Assembly: GCA_963804645.1 (NCBI GenBank)
Contig: CAWDRG010000017.1
Span: forward strand, 96,001 to 160,000
DNA: 64,000 nucleotides
Reading direction: 5' to 3'
Source of the DNA: an uncultured Bacillota bacterium
GTDB taxonomy: Bacteria; Sysuimicrobiota; Sysuimicrobiia; Sysuimicrobiales; Segetimicrobiaceae
Shown: in pieces, positions 10,483 through 20,424 of the stretch
How the letters are laid out: every line of letters starts with the position of its first letter
How positions within the stretch are numbered: position 1 is the stretch's first letter
Notes under the pieces: generated by a model
The model's database searches: none
Told to the model about the DNA's origin: nothing
Seen by the model: the letters and a program-made list of their open reading frames with translations, nothing else
Program-made: the position numbers and the translations under genes

Positions 10483-12099
10483 TTACTGGAGTCCGACCTG
10501 CTCCATATGGAAGAACATCTGGAGCGGGTTGAGCTGGAATCCGGTCACGTTCGCGCGGGTCGCGCGCACCTGGTTCGTGTGGTTGATGAAAATCCACGCC
10601 GCGTCGTCGTGGAGCAGCTTGTTGGCCTGCTCGTAGATCGCCGCCCGCTTCGCCTGGTCGGTCACCTGCCGGCCCTGGACGATCAGTTTGTCGTAGGCGA
10701 CGTCGTGGTGGCGCGAGGCGTTGTTGGCGCGTGCCTTCCCGGCCACCTCATCCCACTCGAACAGGTCGCCGAGGAAGTTGTCCGGATCGCCGTTGTCGCC
10801 GGACCACCCGCTGATCGCGAAGCCCTCCCAGGGCGTGTGCCGGTACTTGTCGAGGTACGCGCCCCACTCGTACTGGGTGATCTTGACGTTCACGCCGACC
10901 TTGGCGAGATACCCCTGCACCGCCTCGCCGAGCTTGGCGCCGCCGATCGGATTGTAGCCGCGCGGGTTCGCGTACACGATCATCTCGGTCGTGAACCCGC
11001 TCGCGAACCCCGCCTCGGTCAGCAGCTGCTTTGCCTTCGCGGCGTCGTACGGATACGGATCGACGGACTTGTTGTAGCCCCACAGCACGGGCGGCATCCC
11101 CTGGCTGGCCGTGGTCGCGCCGCCGTAGAGGCCCTTGTTGATCGCGTCCTTGTCGACCGCGTAGTTCATCGCCTGCCGCACGCGGACGTCCTTGAACGGG
11201 CCGAGGTCGTTCGACATCGCGACGCCCAGGATCGTCAGGCCCGGCGCCGAGTAGAGCTTCAGGTCCTTGTTGCCGGTGACGCGGGAGTAGTCGGACGGCG
11301 GCACGTCGGCCAGGACCTGCACCTGGTTGCGCTCGAGCTGCAGCATCCGCGTGGCGCTCTCCGGGACGATCTGGAAGATCATGCGGTCGACCTTGGGCCG
11401 GCCGCCCCAGTACGCCGCGTTGGCGTCGAGGGTGATGTGGTCGTTGCGCACGGCCTCCACGAACTTGAACGGGCCGGTCCCGACCGGATGCTGGCTCGCA
11501 TCGCAGTTGTACTGCTTCGTGGCCGCGGGCGACATGATGCCCTGCCAGACCATCGCGAGGCTCGTGATGAACGGCGCGTTCGGCTGCGGCAGCGTGAACC
11601 GCAGCGTGTAATCGTCGAGGACGTCCATCTTCGCGACGGTGCCGTCCTTCACGGACCCAAAGGTGAAGTCGTCGTACGTGTCCACGTCCTTGCGCGCGAG
11701 CACGTAGCAGGGATTGTTCGGGTTGATCGCGCGGTCCACGTCCTGGGCGACCGTGCGCGCGTTCATCGGCGTGCCGTCCTGGAAGTTCACGTTATGCCGG
11801 ATGTGGAACGTGTAGACTTTCCCGTCCGGGGAGATCGTCCACGACTCCGCGAGCCCCGGCCCGACATCGCTGCTGCCGGGCTTGTAGTTGACGATGCTGT
11901 CGAAGATCGTCGACATCACGAATCCCGACTCGTTGTTCTCCACGGTCTGCGGATCGAGGCCGGTCTGATCCGCGCCGATCGCGATCACCAACGTCTTCGG
12001 CGCCTGGGCCTGCGCCAGTCCCACGCCCCAAAACCCTACGGGTACGATCGCCGCCGCGAGGAGCAGCGGAAGCAACCGCCTGACGAACAGGTGCGTCAT
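10483..12099 (-). CDS. ABC transporter substrate-binding protein, family 5 (DppA-like)
   Basis: Signal peptide, GLAESWTISPDGKVYTF, PVGTGPFKF, VRQAMNYAVD. Confidence 0.92.
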   Translation of the reverse strand: MTHLFVRRLLPLLLAAAIVPVGFWGVGLAQAQAPKTLVIAIGADQTGLDPQTVENNESGFVMSTIFDSIVNYKPGSSDVGPGLAESWTISPDGKVYTFHIRHNVNFQDGTPMNARTVAQDVDRAINPNNPCYVLARKDVDTYDDFTFGSVKDGTVAKMDVLDDYTLRFTLPQPNAPFITSLAMVWQGIMSPAATKQYNCDASQHPVGTGPFKFVEAVRNDHITLDANAAYWGGRPKVDRMIFQIVPESATRMLQLERNQVQVLADVPPSDYSRVTGNKDLKLYSAPGLTILGVAMSNDLGPFKDVRVRQAMNYAVDKDAINKGLYGGATTASQGMPPVLWGYNKSVDPYPYDAAKAKQLLTEAGFASGFTTEMIVYANPRGYNPIGGAKLGEAVQGYLAKVGVNVKITQYEWGAYLDKYRHTPWEGFAISGWSGDNGDPDNFLGDLFEWDEVAGKARANNASRHHDVAYDKLIVQGRQVTDQAKRAAIYEQANKLLHDDAAWIFINHTNQVRATRANVTGFQLNPLQMFFHMEQVGLQ

Positions 12100-12288
12100 G
12101 CACCACCTCCTGTGTGGCTGGCTGGTCTGGGTCTCACACTCGGCCCGGCGCCGCGGGATACGCGTCCCCCACCGGTTCTGTAAGAATACGCGCTGCGGGG
12201 CGCTCAGCCCTGCTTCGCCGGGCCGCGCGAGGACGCGGAGCCGCCGCGCGGCGCGGCCCGCCCGGAACGGGGTGCGGGGTGTGCGAGG

Positions 12289-13128
12289 TTACGGAGTGCC
12301 GGGGACCGGGACCGGCTCGCCGCGGAGTTCGCGGGAGCGGGCGGTGGCGCGTTCGATCGCCTCGTGCATGGCCTCCGCGAAGCCGCGCGCCTCGAGCACC
12401 CGCATGGCCGCCATCGTCGTCCCGTTGGGGGACGTGACGCGGGCGCGCAGCACGGCCGGCTGCTGCCCGCTCTCCGAGAGCATCTTGCCGGCGCCGAGGA
12501 CGGTCTGGGTGACCAGATCGCGCGCGATGTCGAGGTCGAGCCCGGCGCGCACGCCGGCCTCGACCATCACCTCGGCGAGCAGATACACGTACGCCGGCCC
12601 GCTGCCGGACAGCCCCGTGACCGCGTCGAACAGCGGCTCGGGCACGACCGCGACGCGGCCCACCGCCTCGAACAGCCGGCGCGCGACCGCGAGGTGCTCG
12701 GCCCTCGCCCAGCGGCCCGCGCACAGCGCCGTGGCCGAGGCGTTGACCGCGGTCGAGGTGTTCGGCATCGTCCGGATCGCGGGGACGCCGTCGAGGACGC
12801 GCTCGATCACGTCGAGCGAAATGCCCGCGGCGATCGACACGATCAGGTGCCGGGGCGAGGCATGGGGAGCGATCTCGGCGAGCGCCTCCCGCATGTCCTG
12901 CGGCTTCACGACCAGGATCACGACCTCGGCGTCGCGCATCAGTTGCGCCTTGTCGCGGGTCGTCCGCACGCCCCACGCGCGCGCCAGCCGCGCGAGCCGC
13001 TCGTCGTCGCGCCGGTTGGTCACGATGCACCGGTTGGGCGCCACCGTGCCCGTGCCGAGCAGGCCGCCCAGCAGCGCCTCCGCCATGTTCCCGGCGCCGA
13101 TCAGCGCCACCACCGTGTTCCGGTCCAT
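12289..13128 (-). CDS. proC: Pyrroline-5-carboxylate reductase
   Basis: IGAGNMAEA, VKPQD, SIAAG, MPNT, TGLSGSGPAY, VTSPNGTT. GAGGAGG RBS. Confidence 0.95.
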   Translation of the reverse strand: MDRNTVVALIGAGNMAEALLGGLLGTGTVAPNRCIVTNRRDDERLARLARAWGVRTTRDKAQLMRDAEVVILVVKPQDMREALAEIAPHASPRHLIVSIAAGISLDVIERVLDGVPAIRTMPNTSTAVNASATALCAGRWARAEHLAVARRLFEAVGRVAVVPEPLFDAVTGLSGSGPAYVYLLAEVMVEAGVRAGLDLDIARDLVTQTVLGAGKMLSESGQQPAVLRARVTSPNGTTMAAMRVLEARGFAEAMHEAIERATARSRELRGEPVPVPGTP

Positions 13129-13141
13129 CGCCGTCCTCCTC

Positions 13142-13389
13142 AAAATGCAAACGCCCCGCTTCGCCAAAGGGCGAAAGGGGCGCTTCCGCGGTACCACCTT
13201 TGTTCTCCGGCCTCACGACCGGAGCACTCACCGCGTTCTCGGGCGGACCCGGCTTCCGTTTCGGCGGCGGCGCCGCGGTGGCGGAAGCGGCTCGGGAAGT
13301 GGGTTCGGAGATCGCCGCGGCAGCCCTCGCACCGTGTGGCGGCTGCTCTCTAGGTCGCGGACCGCTCTCCTACGTCTTCCGTCAGCGCC
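13142..13389 (-). ncRNA. T-box riboswitch (Pro, CCC specifier) with antiterminator and terminator
   Basis: T-box AAGGTGGTACCGCG at 13187-13200. Stem I has AGAGA and GGTGCGA motifs; specifier loop GAA-CCC-A (13301-13303). Terminator hairpin plus TTTGCATTTT before the proC RBS. Confidence 0.9.
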
Positions 13390-13402
13390 ATCTAACGCGC
13401 GT

Positions 13403-13432
13403 AGAGTACCAATCCGGCCGTACCGCCGTCAA
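13403..13432 (-). promoter_or_regulatory. Sigma70/SigA-type promoter of the T-box-proC transcript
   Basis: TTGACG-N18-TACTCT with extended -10 TG, just upstream of T-box stem I. Confidence 0.65.
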
Positions 13433-13645
13433 TAGCAGGGGGCCAGCGGCCAGCAATTTCGCAGATGGGCGAGCGGTAGCCAAAACGCCCGCAGGTCCCG
13501 GGCGGCATAGAAGCTGTCGAACAGTCTTGCGGTGGATTCGTGGCTGCACGAGTGCGCGAACGGGACCGGGGGGAAGTGACGACGGGGGGAAGGCCCTGAG
13601 AGTCCGAGTCGCGACTCCGGGTCTGGGGCGTTTCCGCGCCAACGG

Positions 13646-14905
13646 TCAGCTCGAGTCGACGTGCACCTGGGCGAACGCCGGGACGATTTGGCGCGCGATC
13701 TGGCAGAGCGTCGGCGGCGTGTGCCGGGCGTGACTCAGCACCTGGCGATGAAAGAACACCAGCAGCAGTGTATAGGCCAGGATGCGAATCATGGTGAGCA
13801 CCACGAAGGCTTGATCGTGCTGCTGGTGCACCGCGGGATGTTTGAGCTGGCACTCCTTCGTCAGCGTCTGGAAGACTTCCGTGTCAATGCGCCACCGCGC
13901 GCGCCCCAGCGCCGCGAGCCCCCCAGGGGAACAGGCCAGCTCGAGCAGACTACTGGCGTAGAGGTTCGTGCTCTCGTCCCACACCACCGTTTTGTGGCGG
14001 GTGCAGTGGCCCCCCTCGCGCTGGACGTGCACGCGCGTCTGCGCGGCCCGCCGCACCTCCTTGACGCACCGCACGGACCGGTCGCCCGCCGCCCAGTGCA
14101 CGTCGGGCACATACCAGAGGTGCGTCACAACGTCAGGCGTCACCGTCTCCGCCGGCATCACGTCACTCGTTCTGCGCGCCAGTTCCGCGACCAACTCGGG
14201 CTGATTGTCTTTCACGGAGCACACCCAGTCGAGGCCAAGCGCTTCGATGGCATCGATGACCGGCTTGCCGAAATAAAGCGCGTCCGCCACCAGGACGTCC
14301 ACGAACCGCCGCCCCAACTGGCCCACCAGCTCCTCCAGCAGGGCCTGTGCACAGGCCACTTCGCCTTCGCCCGGCGCCTGAAAGCGTAGCCCCAGCGGAA
14401 TCGGAAACGGCGTGCTCACCACGGCGACCGCCACGATGCGGTGATAGTATTGGACGGCGGTCTGCAGGACGCCGTCGATCATCCGCTCGACCGTCCGCTC
14501 CAGACAGGTGTCGCAGCAGCGGACGTAGGACTGGCAAATCTCGATCCCGTCCACCGCCGCCACGATCAGGCCGTGTGCCGCGTCCGTGCGCAGCACCCCA
14601 TTGCGCTTCAGCCGGCGCGCCACGTCGCAGCCCAGCGTCAATACCGCTTCGGGCGCCAGGCGCTCGAGCGTGTAGCGCAGCGTGTCCTCGCTGAGCGGCC
14701 CGATCCGATGGCGCAGCCCACCGGCCCGGCACTCAGATTCCAACTGATGGAAGCTTCGGATCCGCCCGATCGCCCCCCAGAAGACGGCGGCGAAGACCTT
14801 CTGACACGAGTGCTGCGGGTGCTGCCGCCCCTCCGGCAGGCCAGCCAGCAGGACCGACCAATTGAAGATTTTCTCGAAATACGCCTCGACCTCGTGCCGC
14901 CCCAC
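13646..14905 (-). CDS. DDE-type transposase
   Basis: AAVDG, VADALY, VKDNQP, GRARWRID motifs; lies within the TIR-bounded element. Confidence 0.85.
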   Translation of the reverse strand: MGRHEVEAYFEKIFNWSVLLAGLPEGRQHPQHSCQKVFAAVFWGAIGRIRSFHQLESECRAGGLRHRIGPLSEDTLRYTLERLAPEAVLTLGCDVARRLKRNGVLRTDAAHGLIVAAVDGIEICQSYVRCCDTCLERTVERMIDGVLQTAVQYYHRIVAVAVVSTPFPIPLGLRFQAPGEGEVACAQALLEELVGQLGRRFVDVLVADALYFGKPVIDAIEALGLDWVCSVKDNQPELVAELARRTSDVMPAETVTPDVVTHLWYVPDVHWAAGDRSVRCVKEVRRAAQTRVHVQREGGHCTRHKTVVWDESTNLYASSLLELACSPGGLAALGRARWRIDTEVFQTLTKECQLKHPAVHQQHDQAFVVLTMIRILAYTLLLVFFHRQVLSHARHTPPTLCQIARQIVPAFAQVHVDSS

Positions 14906-14908
14906 CGC

Positions 14909-15295
14909 TTACGGAGCCTTCCGCCGTTGCTGGCGCGCGAGAGCGAGCAACTCCACGTTGGTCGTCAACACCTCGCGCACGGCGTCCTGAAACGCCCGCC
15001 CCGCGTCCACCCGCGCCCGAATGTCGTCCACGAGCGCCGTCGGGATGTGCAGCATCCGCTTGTGCCCGTCGACCATATAAGTCAGCGACCACTTCGGATG
15101 CCCCACGTCGTGGGCACAGTGACACGTCGGTTTCCCACACCGAAAATGGCTGAACGTCAGCGACCCGGGTAACATCTCTTCCACGGCCTCGGTCAGCGCG
15201 TGCTCCCGCCGCACCGCCGCGCGGCGGTGCCGGAGGCGCGCCGCCTCCGGACCGCGGGGTCCACTGAAATCCAGGCGGAGCCGAGCGCGTGTCAT
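14909..15295 (-). CDS. IS accessory protein, DUF6788-like (CGKxxCxC...H)
   Basis: MLPGSL...RCGKPTCHCAHDVGHP; directly upstream of the transposase. Confidence 0.75.
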   Translation of the reverse strand: MTRARLRLDFSGPRGPEAARLRHRRAAVRREHALTEAVEEMLPGSLTFSHFRCGKPTCHCAHDVGHPKWSLTYMVDGHKRMLHIPTALVDDIRARVDAGRAFQDAVREVLTTNVELLALARQQRRKAP

Positions 15296-15304
15296 CTAGG
15301 AGCA

Positions 15305-15333
15305 ACTATACTCCTAGATCCCTCGGCATGCAA
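15305..15333 (-). promoter_or_regulatory. IS internal promoter
   Basis: TTGCAT-N17-TATAGT, 9 nt before the ATG at 15295. Confidence 0.6.
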
Positions 15334-15622
15334 GGGCTTTCTGCGAATGCAAAAATGCCCGGACGACAGAAATCAGCGGGAATCGCTGATAGTGCTGGGC
15401 GAACCCGTCACCTTACCGTACTATTTGCGAAATCGCTGGGCCAGCGGCACCGCGCGGCCGTCGGTGCGCAGCCGCCAGATCCGCCCCCGCGGAGGTGCTG
15501 GTGCGAGGATCGTGGAACGCTGTCGAGTCCGGACCGACACGGCGCAGATGGCACCTCCGGAGAAGATCCCCACGTCGGTTGGACCACCTGCGACACCTGG
15601 GCCGCGTGCGACAATGGCACCG

Positions 15623-16588
15623 ATGCGCACCATCACGCTCGAAGAGCACGTGACGACGGACGCCTTCCTCGCCGCGACCGAATCAGGGCGCGCGAGGGCG
15701 GGGGGCGTGACCGCGAAACTGCTGGACATGGGCGCCGGCCGCATCGCGGACATGGACGCCAGCCACATCGATCTGCAGGTCTTGTCCCTCTCGAGCGGCG
15801 GACTGGACGCGATGGACCCTGCGCGCGCCCGCGCGCTTGCGCGTGACACCAACGACGCGCTCGCCGCCGCCGTCCGCGCGCATCCCGATCGCTTTGCCGC
15901 GTTCGCCACGCTCGCCCTCCAGGAGCCGGACACCGCCGCCGCGGAACTTGAACGCTGCGTCACGCAGCTCGGCTTCAAAGGCATGATCGTGATGGGCACG
16001 GTGAACGGTGTGTTTCTGGATGACGTGCGCTTCACGCCGGTCTTCGAGGCCGCCCACGCGCTCGACGTGCCGATCTACCTGCATCCCGGCTTGCCGCCTC
16101 GCCCGGTGATGGAGGCGTACTACAGCGGGCTGCCCGGCGGCGTCGGCCGCGACCTTGCCGCGGCCGGGTGGGGATTTCACGCCGAAACGGGGCTGCACGC
16201 CCTCCGACTGATGGTGTCCGGTCTGTTCGACCGGTTTCCCGCGCTCAAGATCATCGTCGGGCACATGGGGGAGCACCTGCCGGACAACATCGCCCGCGGT
16301 GACTGGGTGTTCCACAGGTCGGCTCGCCGCGGCAACGCGCTGCCGTTCACGCGCACGGTCCTCGAGTATTTCCGTGAGCACTTTTACGTCACGACGAGCG
16401 GCTACTTCACGATCCCGCCGCTCCTGTGTGCCCTGCAGGTGATCGGCGCCGACCGCGTGCTGTTCTCTGTGGATTATCCGCTCGCGTCAAATGTGGAGGC
16501 GAGGGAATTTCTTGACGCGCTCCCCATCGGGGCCGAGGATCTTGAGAAAATCGCACATCGCAACGCGGAGCGCCTCATGAAGCTGTGA
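15623..16588 (+). CDS. Amidohydrolase_2 family protein (aromatic acid decarboxylase-like)
   Basis: ITLEEH, PIYLHP, IIVGHMGE, VLFSVDYP. Confidence 0.9.
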   Translation: MRTITLEEHVTTDAFLAATESGRARAGGVTAKLLDMGAGRIADMDASHIDLQVLSLSSGGLDAMDPARARALARDTNDALAAAVRAHPDRFAAFATLALQEPDTAAAELERCVTQLGFKGMIVMGTVNGVFLDDVRFTPVFEAAHALDVPIYLHPGLPPRPVMEAYYSGLPGGVGRDLAAAGWGFHAETGLHALRLMVSGLFDRFPALKIIVGHMGEHLPDNIARGDWVFHRSARRGNALPFTRTVLEYFREHFYVTTSGYFTIPPLLCALQVIGADRVLFSVDYPLASNVEAREFLDALPIGAEDLEKIAHRNAERLMKL

Positions 16589-16633
16589 GCGGCTGGACCG
16601 CAACACACGGGCGCCGCCACCCGCGATGGAAAG

Positions 16634-16660
16634 CGGGGACAGGCGGCAACCCTGTCCCCG
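16634..16660. terminator. Hairpin between convergent genes
   Basis: CGGGGACAGG-N7-CCTGTCCCCG. Confidence 0.5.
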
Positions 16661-16675
16661 ACGACGTGGATCGAG

Positions 16676-16969
16676 CTACACCTTCACCTTGCCGAGACCG
16701 GCCTTGAGGTCGTCGGCGTTCATGACCGGCGAGAATTCAAGCGCGGCGTCGAGGCCCATGAAGAGGGGTTCGGCGATCCGCGGGATATCGCTCGCAGCCG
16801 GAAGGTCGAAGAAGATGAGCCCGGTGCGCATGCCGTCCATCGCCGTGAAGTAGGCCGCTTCAGCCTTGAGCTCTTGGAGCGCTGACTGAATGATCCGTGC
16901 AAGGCTTCCGTCTTTGATCGCCGCATTGCCCTTCTCGACCGGAATCGTGACCCGAAGCATCATCCGCAA
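16676..16969 (-). CDS. Small conserved hypothetical protein (DUF3303/GYD-like)
   Basis: MRMMLRVTIPVEKGNAAIKDG...EAAYF...PVMNADDL. TTG start with GAGGTG RBS. Confidence 0.7.
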   Translation of the reverse strand: MRMMLRVTIPVEKGNAAIKDGSLARIIQSALQELKAEAAYFTAMDGMRTGLIFFDLPAASDIPRIAEPLFMGLDAALEFSPVMNADDLKAGLGKVKV

Positions 16970-17167
16970 CACCGCACCTCCATCGTCTGTGACGCACATC
17001 ATGGTTCGTGACCGTCGGCGCGGCCACCTTCGTTCGAAGGTTCTCGGCGGAGTCGCTCGATCGGATGACCCGTAAAGGAAAGGACCGCGGCCGCGACGGA
17101 TACACAAGGCGCAGAGTATGCAGCCACAGGGCCGCCGGCTCACGGGGCCCGAGCGGGGTGAGCGCGC

Positions 17168-18061
17168 ATGAACGAGCGGATTGGGTTCATCGGCCTCGGG
17201 ATCATGGGGCGCCCGATGGCAAAGCATCTGGTCGCCGCGGGGTATGACGTGACCGTCTGGAACCGGACGCAGAGCAAGACCGCCGAGGTCGCGCAGGCGG
17301 GCGCGAAGGTCGGCGCGTCTCCCAAGGACGTCGCGAGCCGGAGCGACATCATCATCATTATGGTCGCCGACACCCCGGACGTGCGCGACGTGGTGCAGGG
17401 TCCGAACGGCATCCTCGACGGCGTGCGCCGCGGCGCGGTCGTCGTCGACATGAGCTCAATCTCGCCTGTTGCCACGCGCGAGATCGCGGCGGCGCTCGAG
17501 GCGCGGGGCGCGGAGATGCTGGATGCGCCCGTGTCGGGCGGCGAGCGCGGCGCGATCGACGCCGCGCTCTCGATCATGGTCGGCGGCAACGCCGAGGTGT
17601 TCGAACGCGTGCTCCCCGTGTTCCAGAAGATGGGCAAGAACATCGTCCACATCGGCGGGCACGGCGCCGGCCAGGTAACGAAGGCGTGCAACCAGCTGGT
17701 GCTCTCGCTCACGATCCTCGGGGTCGCCGAAGCGCTGACGCTTGCGCGCAAGGCCGGGGTGGACCCGGCCAAAGTCCGCGCGGCGCTGCTCGGCGGGTTC
17801 GCGCAGAGCCGCGTTCTGGAAGTGCACGGCCAGCGCATGCTGGACCAGAACTACGAGCCAGGGTTCCGGACGCGCCTGTACCACAAGGACATGGGCATCG
17901 TCACCGAGACCGGCCGGGCGCTCGGGGTTCCGCTGCTCGGCGCGTCGCTCACCGCGCAGCTGTTCCAGATAGCGATGAACCACGGCCTCGGCGAGCTCGA
18001 CTACTCGGTGCTGGCGAAGGTCGTGGGCGAGCTGGCCGAGGCTCCGCCCGCGGCCGACTAA
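17168..18061 (+). CDS. 2-hydroxy-3-oxopropionate reductase / beta-hydroxyacid dehydrogenase
   Basis: IGFIGLGIMGRPMA, LDAPVSGGE, GAGQVTKACNQ. Confidence 0.9.
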   Translation: MNERIGFIGLGIMGRPMAKHLVAAGYDVTVWNRTQSKTAEVAQAGAKVGASPKDVASRSDIIIIMVADTPDVRDVVQGPNGILDGVRRGAVVVDMSSISPVATREIAAALEARGAEMLDAPVSGGERGAIDAALSIMVGGNAEVFERVLPVFQKMGKNIVHIGGHGAGQVTKACNQLVLSLTILGVAEALTLARKAGVDPAKVRAALLGGFAQSRVLEVHGQRMLDQNYEPGFRTRLYHKDMGIVTETGRALGVPLLGASLTAQLFQIAMNHGLGELDYSVLAKVVGELAEAPPAAD

Positions 18062-18579
18062 CCGCCGCCAGCGAGCAGGGCGCGGTAGAGCCGCGCGCGC
18101 TCCACGTAGTGGACGGCGCCGCCCCGCACGCGCACAAGATCCGCCTCGGTCAGATCGCGCACGACCCGACCGGGGACCCCGAGGAACAGCGTCCTCGGCG
18201 GGACGACCTTCCCCTCCGGCACGAGCGCGCCCGAGCCGACGAGCGCCTCCGCGCCGACGCGCGCACCGTTGAGCACGATGGCGCCCATCCCGATGAGGGC
18301 GCCGTCTTCGACGGTGCAGCCGTGCAGGATCACCCGGTGCCCCACGGTCACCCCCCGTCCCACCGTCACCGGATACCCGGGATCGGTGTGGACGACGCAG
18401 CCGTCTTGAAGATTGCTGTCGGCGCCGAGCGTAATCGGTTCGGTCTCGGCCCGCAGTACCGCGTGAAACCAGACGCTGGCGCCCGCCTCCACGACGACGT
18501 GGCCGACGAGATCCGCCGACGGCGCGACGAACGCGTCCGGGTGGACGCGCGGACGGTGCGGCGGCACTGGAATCAGCAT
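18058..18579 (-). CDS. Gamma-carbonic anhydrase family protein
   Basis: SNLQDGCVVH, TVGHRVILHGC hexapeptide repeats. Confidence 0.92.
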   Translation of the reverse strand: MLIPVPPHRPRVHPDAFVAPSADLVGHVVVEAGASVWFHAVLRAETEPITLGADSNLQDGCVVHTDPGYPVTVGRGVTVGHRVILHGCTVEDGALIGMGAIVLNGARVGAEALVGSGALVPEGKVVPPRTLFLGVPGRVVRDLTEADLVRVRGGAVHYVERARLYRALLAGGG

Positions 18580-18590
18580 CGGCGGCCTCC

Positions 18591-19674
18591 TCAGAGCGCC
18601 CAGAAGGCGCCGATCACGCGGCGCGCGTCCCGGGCGCGCGCTTCCGCCACCGCGTACGGGGCCTCCCGCACGTTGACGGAGGCTTCGCGCACCCCCGCGC
18701 TGATTCCGGTCAGGCCCTCCAGCGTCGCCGCGAACGAGTGCGCCAGCCCGTCCGGGTCGTAGCCGCCCTCCAGCAGGGCGACGATCGGGGTCGGGCCCGC
18801 CGTCTCCCGGAGCAGGCGGCTGAGTCGCTCAAACCCCCCCGCGGTCAGCCGCATCCCGCCGAGCGGATCGGCGTGGTGGGCGTCATACCCCGCGGAGATA
18901 ATAATGAGGCCCGGGGCCGCGGCGCGCACCAGCGGCAGCACCAGTTCTTCCCATAGGTGCGTGTACCCGCCGTCGCCGATCCCGGCCGGCAAGCGGGACG
19001 TTGACCGTCGTCCCCTCCCCGGGTCCTTCCCCGACGTCCTCGAGGGCGCCGGTGCCGGGATACCAATCCTCCTGGTGGAGGGAGCAGACGACCACGGCGG
19101 GATCGCGGTAAAACACGTCCTGCGTCCCGTTGCCGTGGTGCACGTCCCAGTCGAGGATCAGCACGCGCCCGACGCCGTGGGCTTCGATCGCGTGCCGGGC
19201 CGCGAGCGCCGCGTTGTTGAACAGGCAGAAGCCCATCCCGTAGCCCGGCCCGGCGTGGTGCCCCGGCGGCCGGATGAGCGCGACCGCCACGGGCGCCTCC
19301 TTGCGCAGCACCGCGTCCACGGCGCCCTCGGCGCCGCCCACCGCGAGCCGCGCCACGTCGTACGACGCCGGCGACACGGGGGTGTCGGGGTCGAGCGAGC
19401 CCCCGCCGTCGTCCGCGAGCGCGCGCACGCGCTCGATGTGCGCGCGGGTGTGCACGCGCGCGAGATGAGCGTCGTCGACCGGCTCCGGCGTGCGCCGCGG
19501 CAGCCGCTCTCCAAACGGCGTTCGCGCGAGCAGCGTCTCGATCGCGTCCAGCCGCTCGGGCCGCTCCGGATGACCGGGCACGGTCCGGTGCCGCCGGTAG
19601 TCGGGATGCGAGAAGAGCAGCGCGGGGGGCGCCTCGGTCATCCGCCGGGGCTCGTCACGATCCGGACCGCTCAC
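18591..19674 (-). CDS. Histone deacetylase family protein, one frameshift near 18991
   Basis: HPERPERL, RPPGHHA, GFCLFNN, DWDVHHGNGTQ in one frame; SAGYDAHHADPLG and LEGGY in the next. One extra base at NVPL|PAG. Confidence 0.88.
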
Positions 19675-20342
19675 GCGCGCCCCGCGCGGAGTGCGCCGCG
19701 AAGCCGGTCGACCGCCGCGGCGACGCCGTCCGGCGCGCCGAACACCGCGGTACCCGCGACGAACACGGTCGCACCCGCCGCGGCGGCCGCGGCCGCGGTG
19801 TCCGGGGTGATCCCGCCGTCGACCTCGATGTCATACGACAGGCCGAGCGCGGCCCGACGCTCGGCCAGCACCCGCACCTTCGCCAGCATCGCCGGGATGA
19901 ACGGCTGTCCGCCCTCGCCGGGCTCGACCGTCATCACCAGCACGGTGCTCACCAGCGGGAGGACGTACGCCACCTGCTCGGGCGGAGTCGCGGGATTCAA
20001 CGCGACGGACGGGCGCAGCCCGAGCGCGGCGATGTGTTGGAGCGTCAGGTAGAGGTGCGGGCACGCCTCGACGTGCACGGCGAGGCTCGTCGCCCCGGCG
20101 CGCGCGAACGCCGCCAGGTGGCGCTCGGGTTCGACGACCATCAGGTGCACGTCGATCGGCAGACGGGTCGCCGCCCGCACCGCCCGCGCCGCCAGCGGGC
20201 CCATCGTGATCTCGGGGACGAACTGCCCGTCCATGACGTCGACGTGAATCCAGTCGGCCCCGGCGCGCTCGACCGCCTGTACCTGCTCGGCAAGCCGGCC
20301 GAAGTCGGCGGACAGGATCGACGGCGCGAGCTTCATCTCCAT
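19671..20342 (-). CDS. rpe: Ribulose-phosphate 3-epimerase
   Basis: APSILSADF, HVDVMDG, DVHLM, EVDGG. Confidence 0.95.
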   Translation of the reverse strand: MEMKLAPSILSADFGRLAEQVQAVERAGADWIHVDVMDGQFVPEITMGPLAARAVRAATRLPIDVHLMVVEPERHLAAFARAGATSLAVHVEACPHLYLTLQHIAALGLRPSVALNPATPPEQVAYVLPLVSTVLVMTVEPGEGGQPFIPAMLAKVRVLAERRAALGLSYDIEVDGGITPDTAAAAAAAGATVFVAGTAVFGAPDGVAAAVDRLRGALRAGRA

Positions 20343-20424
20343 GCGGGGCCCCCACCGGCGTCGCGACTCGGTCGGATGGCACGGGCCGGCGGCCCGAGGG
20401 CCGGCACACGCCCGCGCCGGAAGG

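Larger units (their letters stand above)
13451..15438 (-). mobile_element. Two-ORF insertion sequence (DDE transposase, ISAs1/ISNCY-like)
   Basis: TIRs CAGCAATTTCGCAGAT / CAGCGATTTCGCAAAT; 10-bp direct repeat GGCCAGCGGC at 13441-13450 and 15439-15448. Confidence 0.9.
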
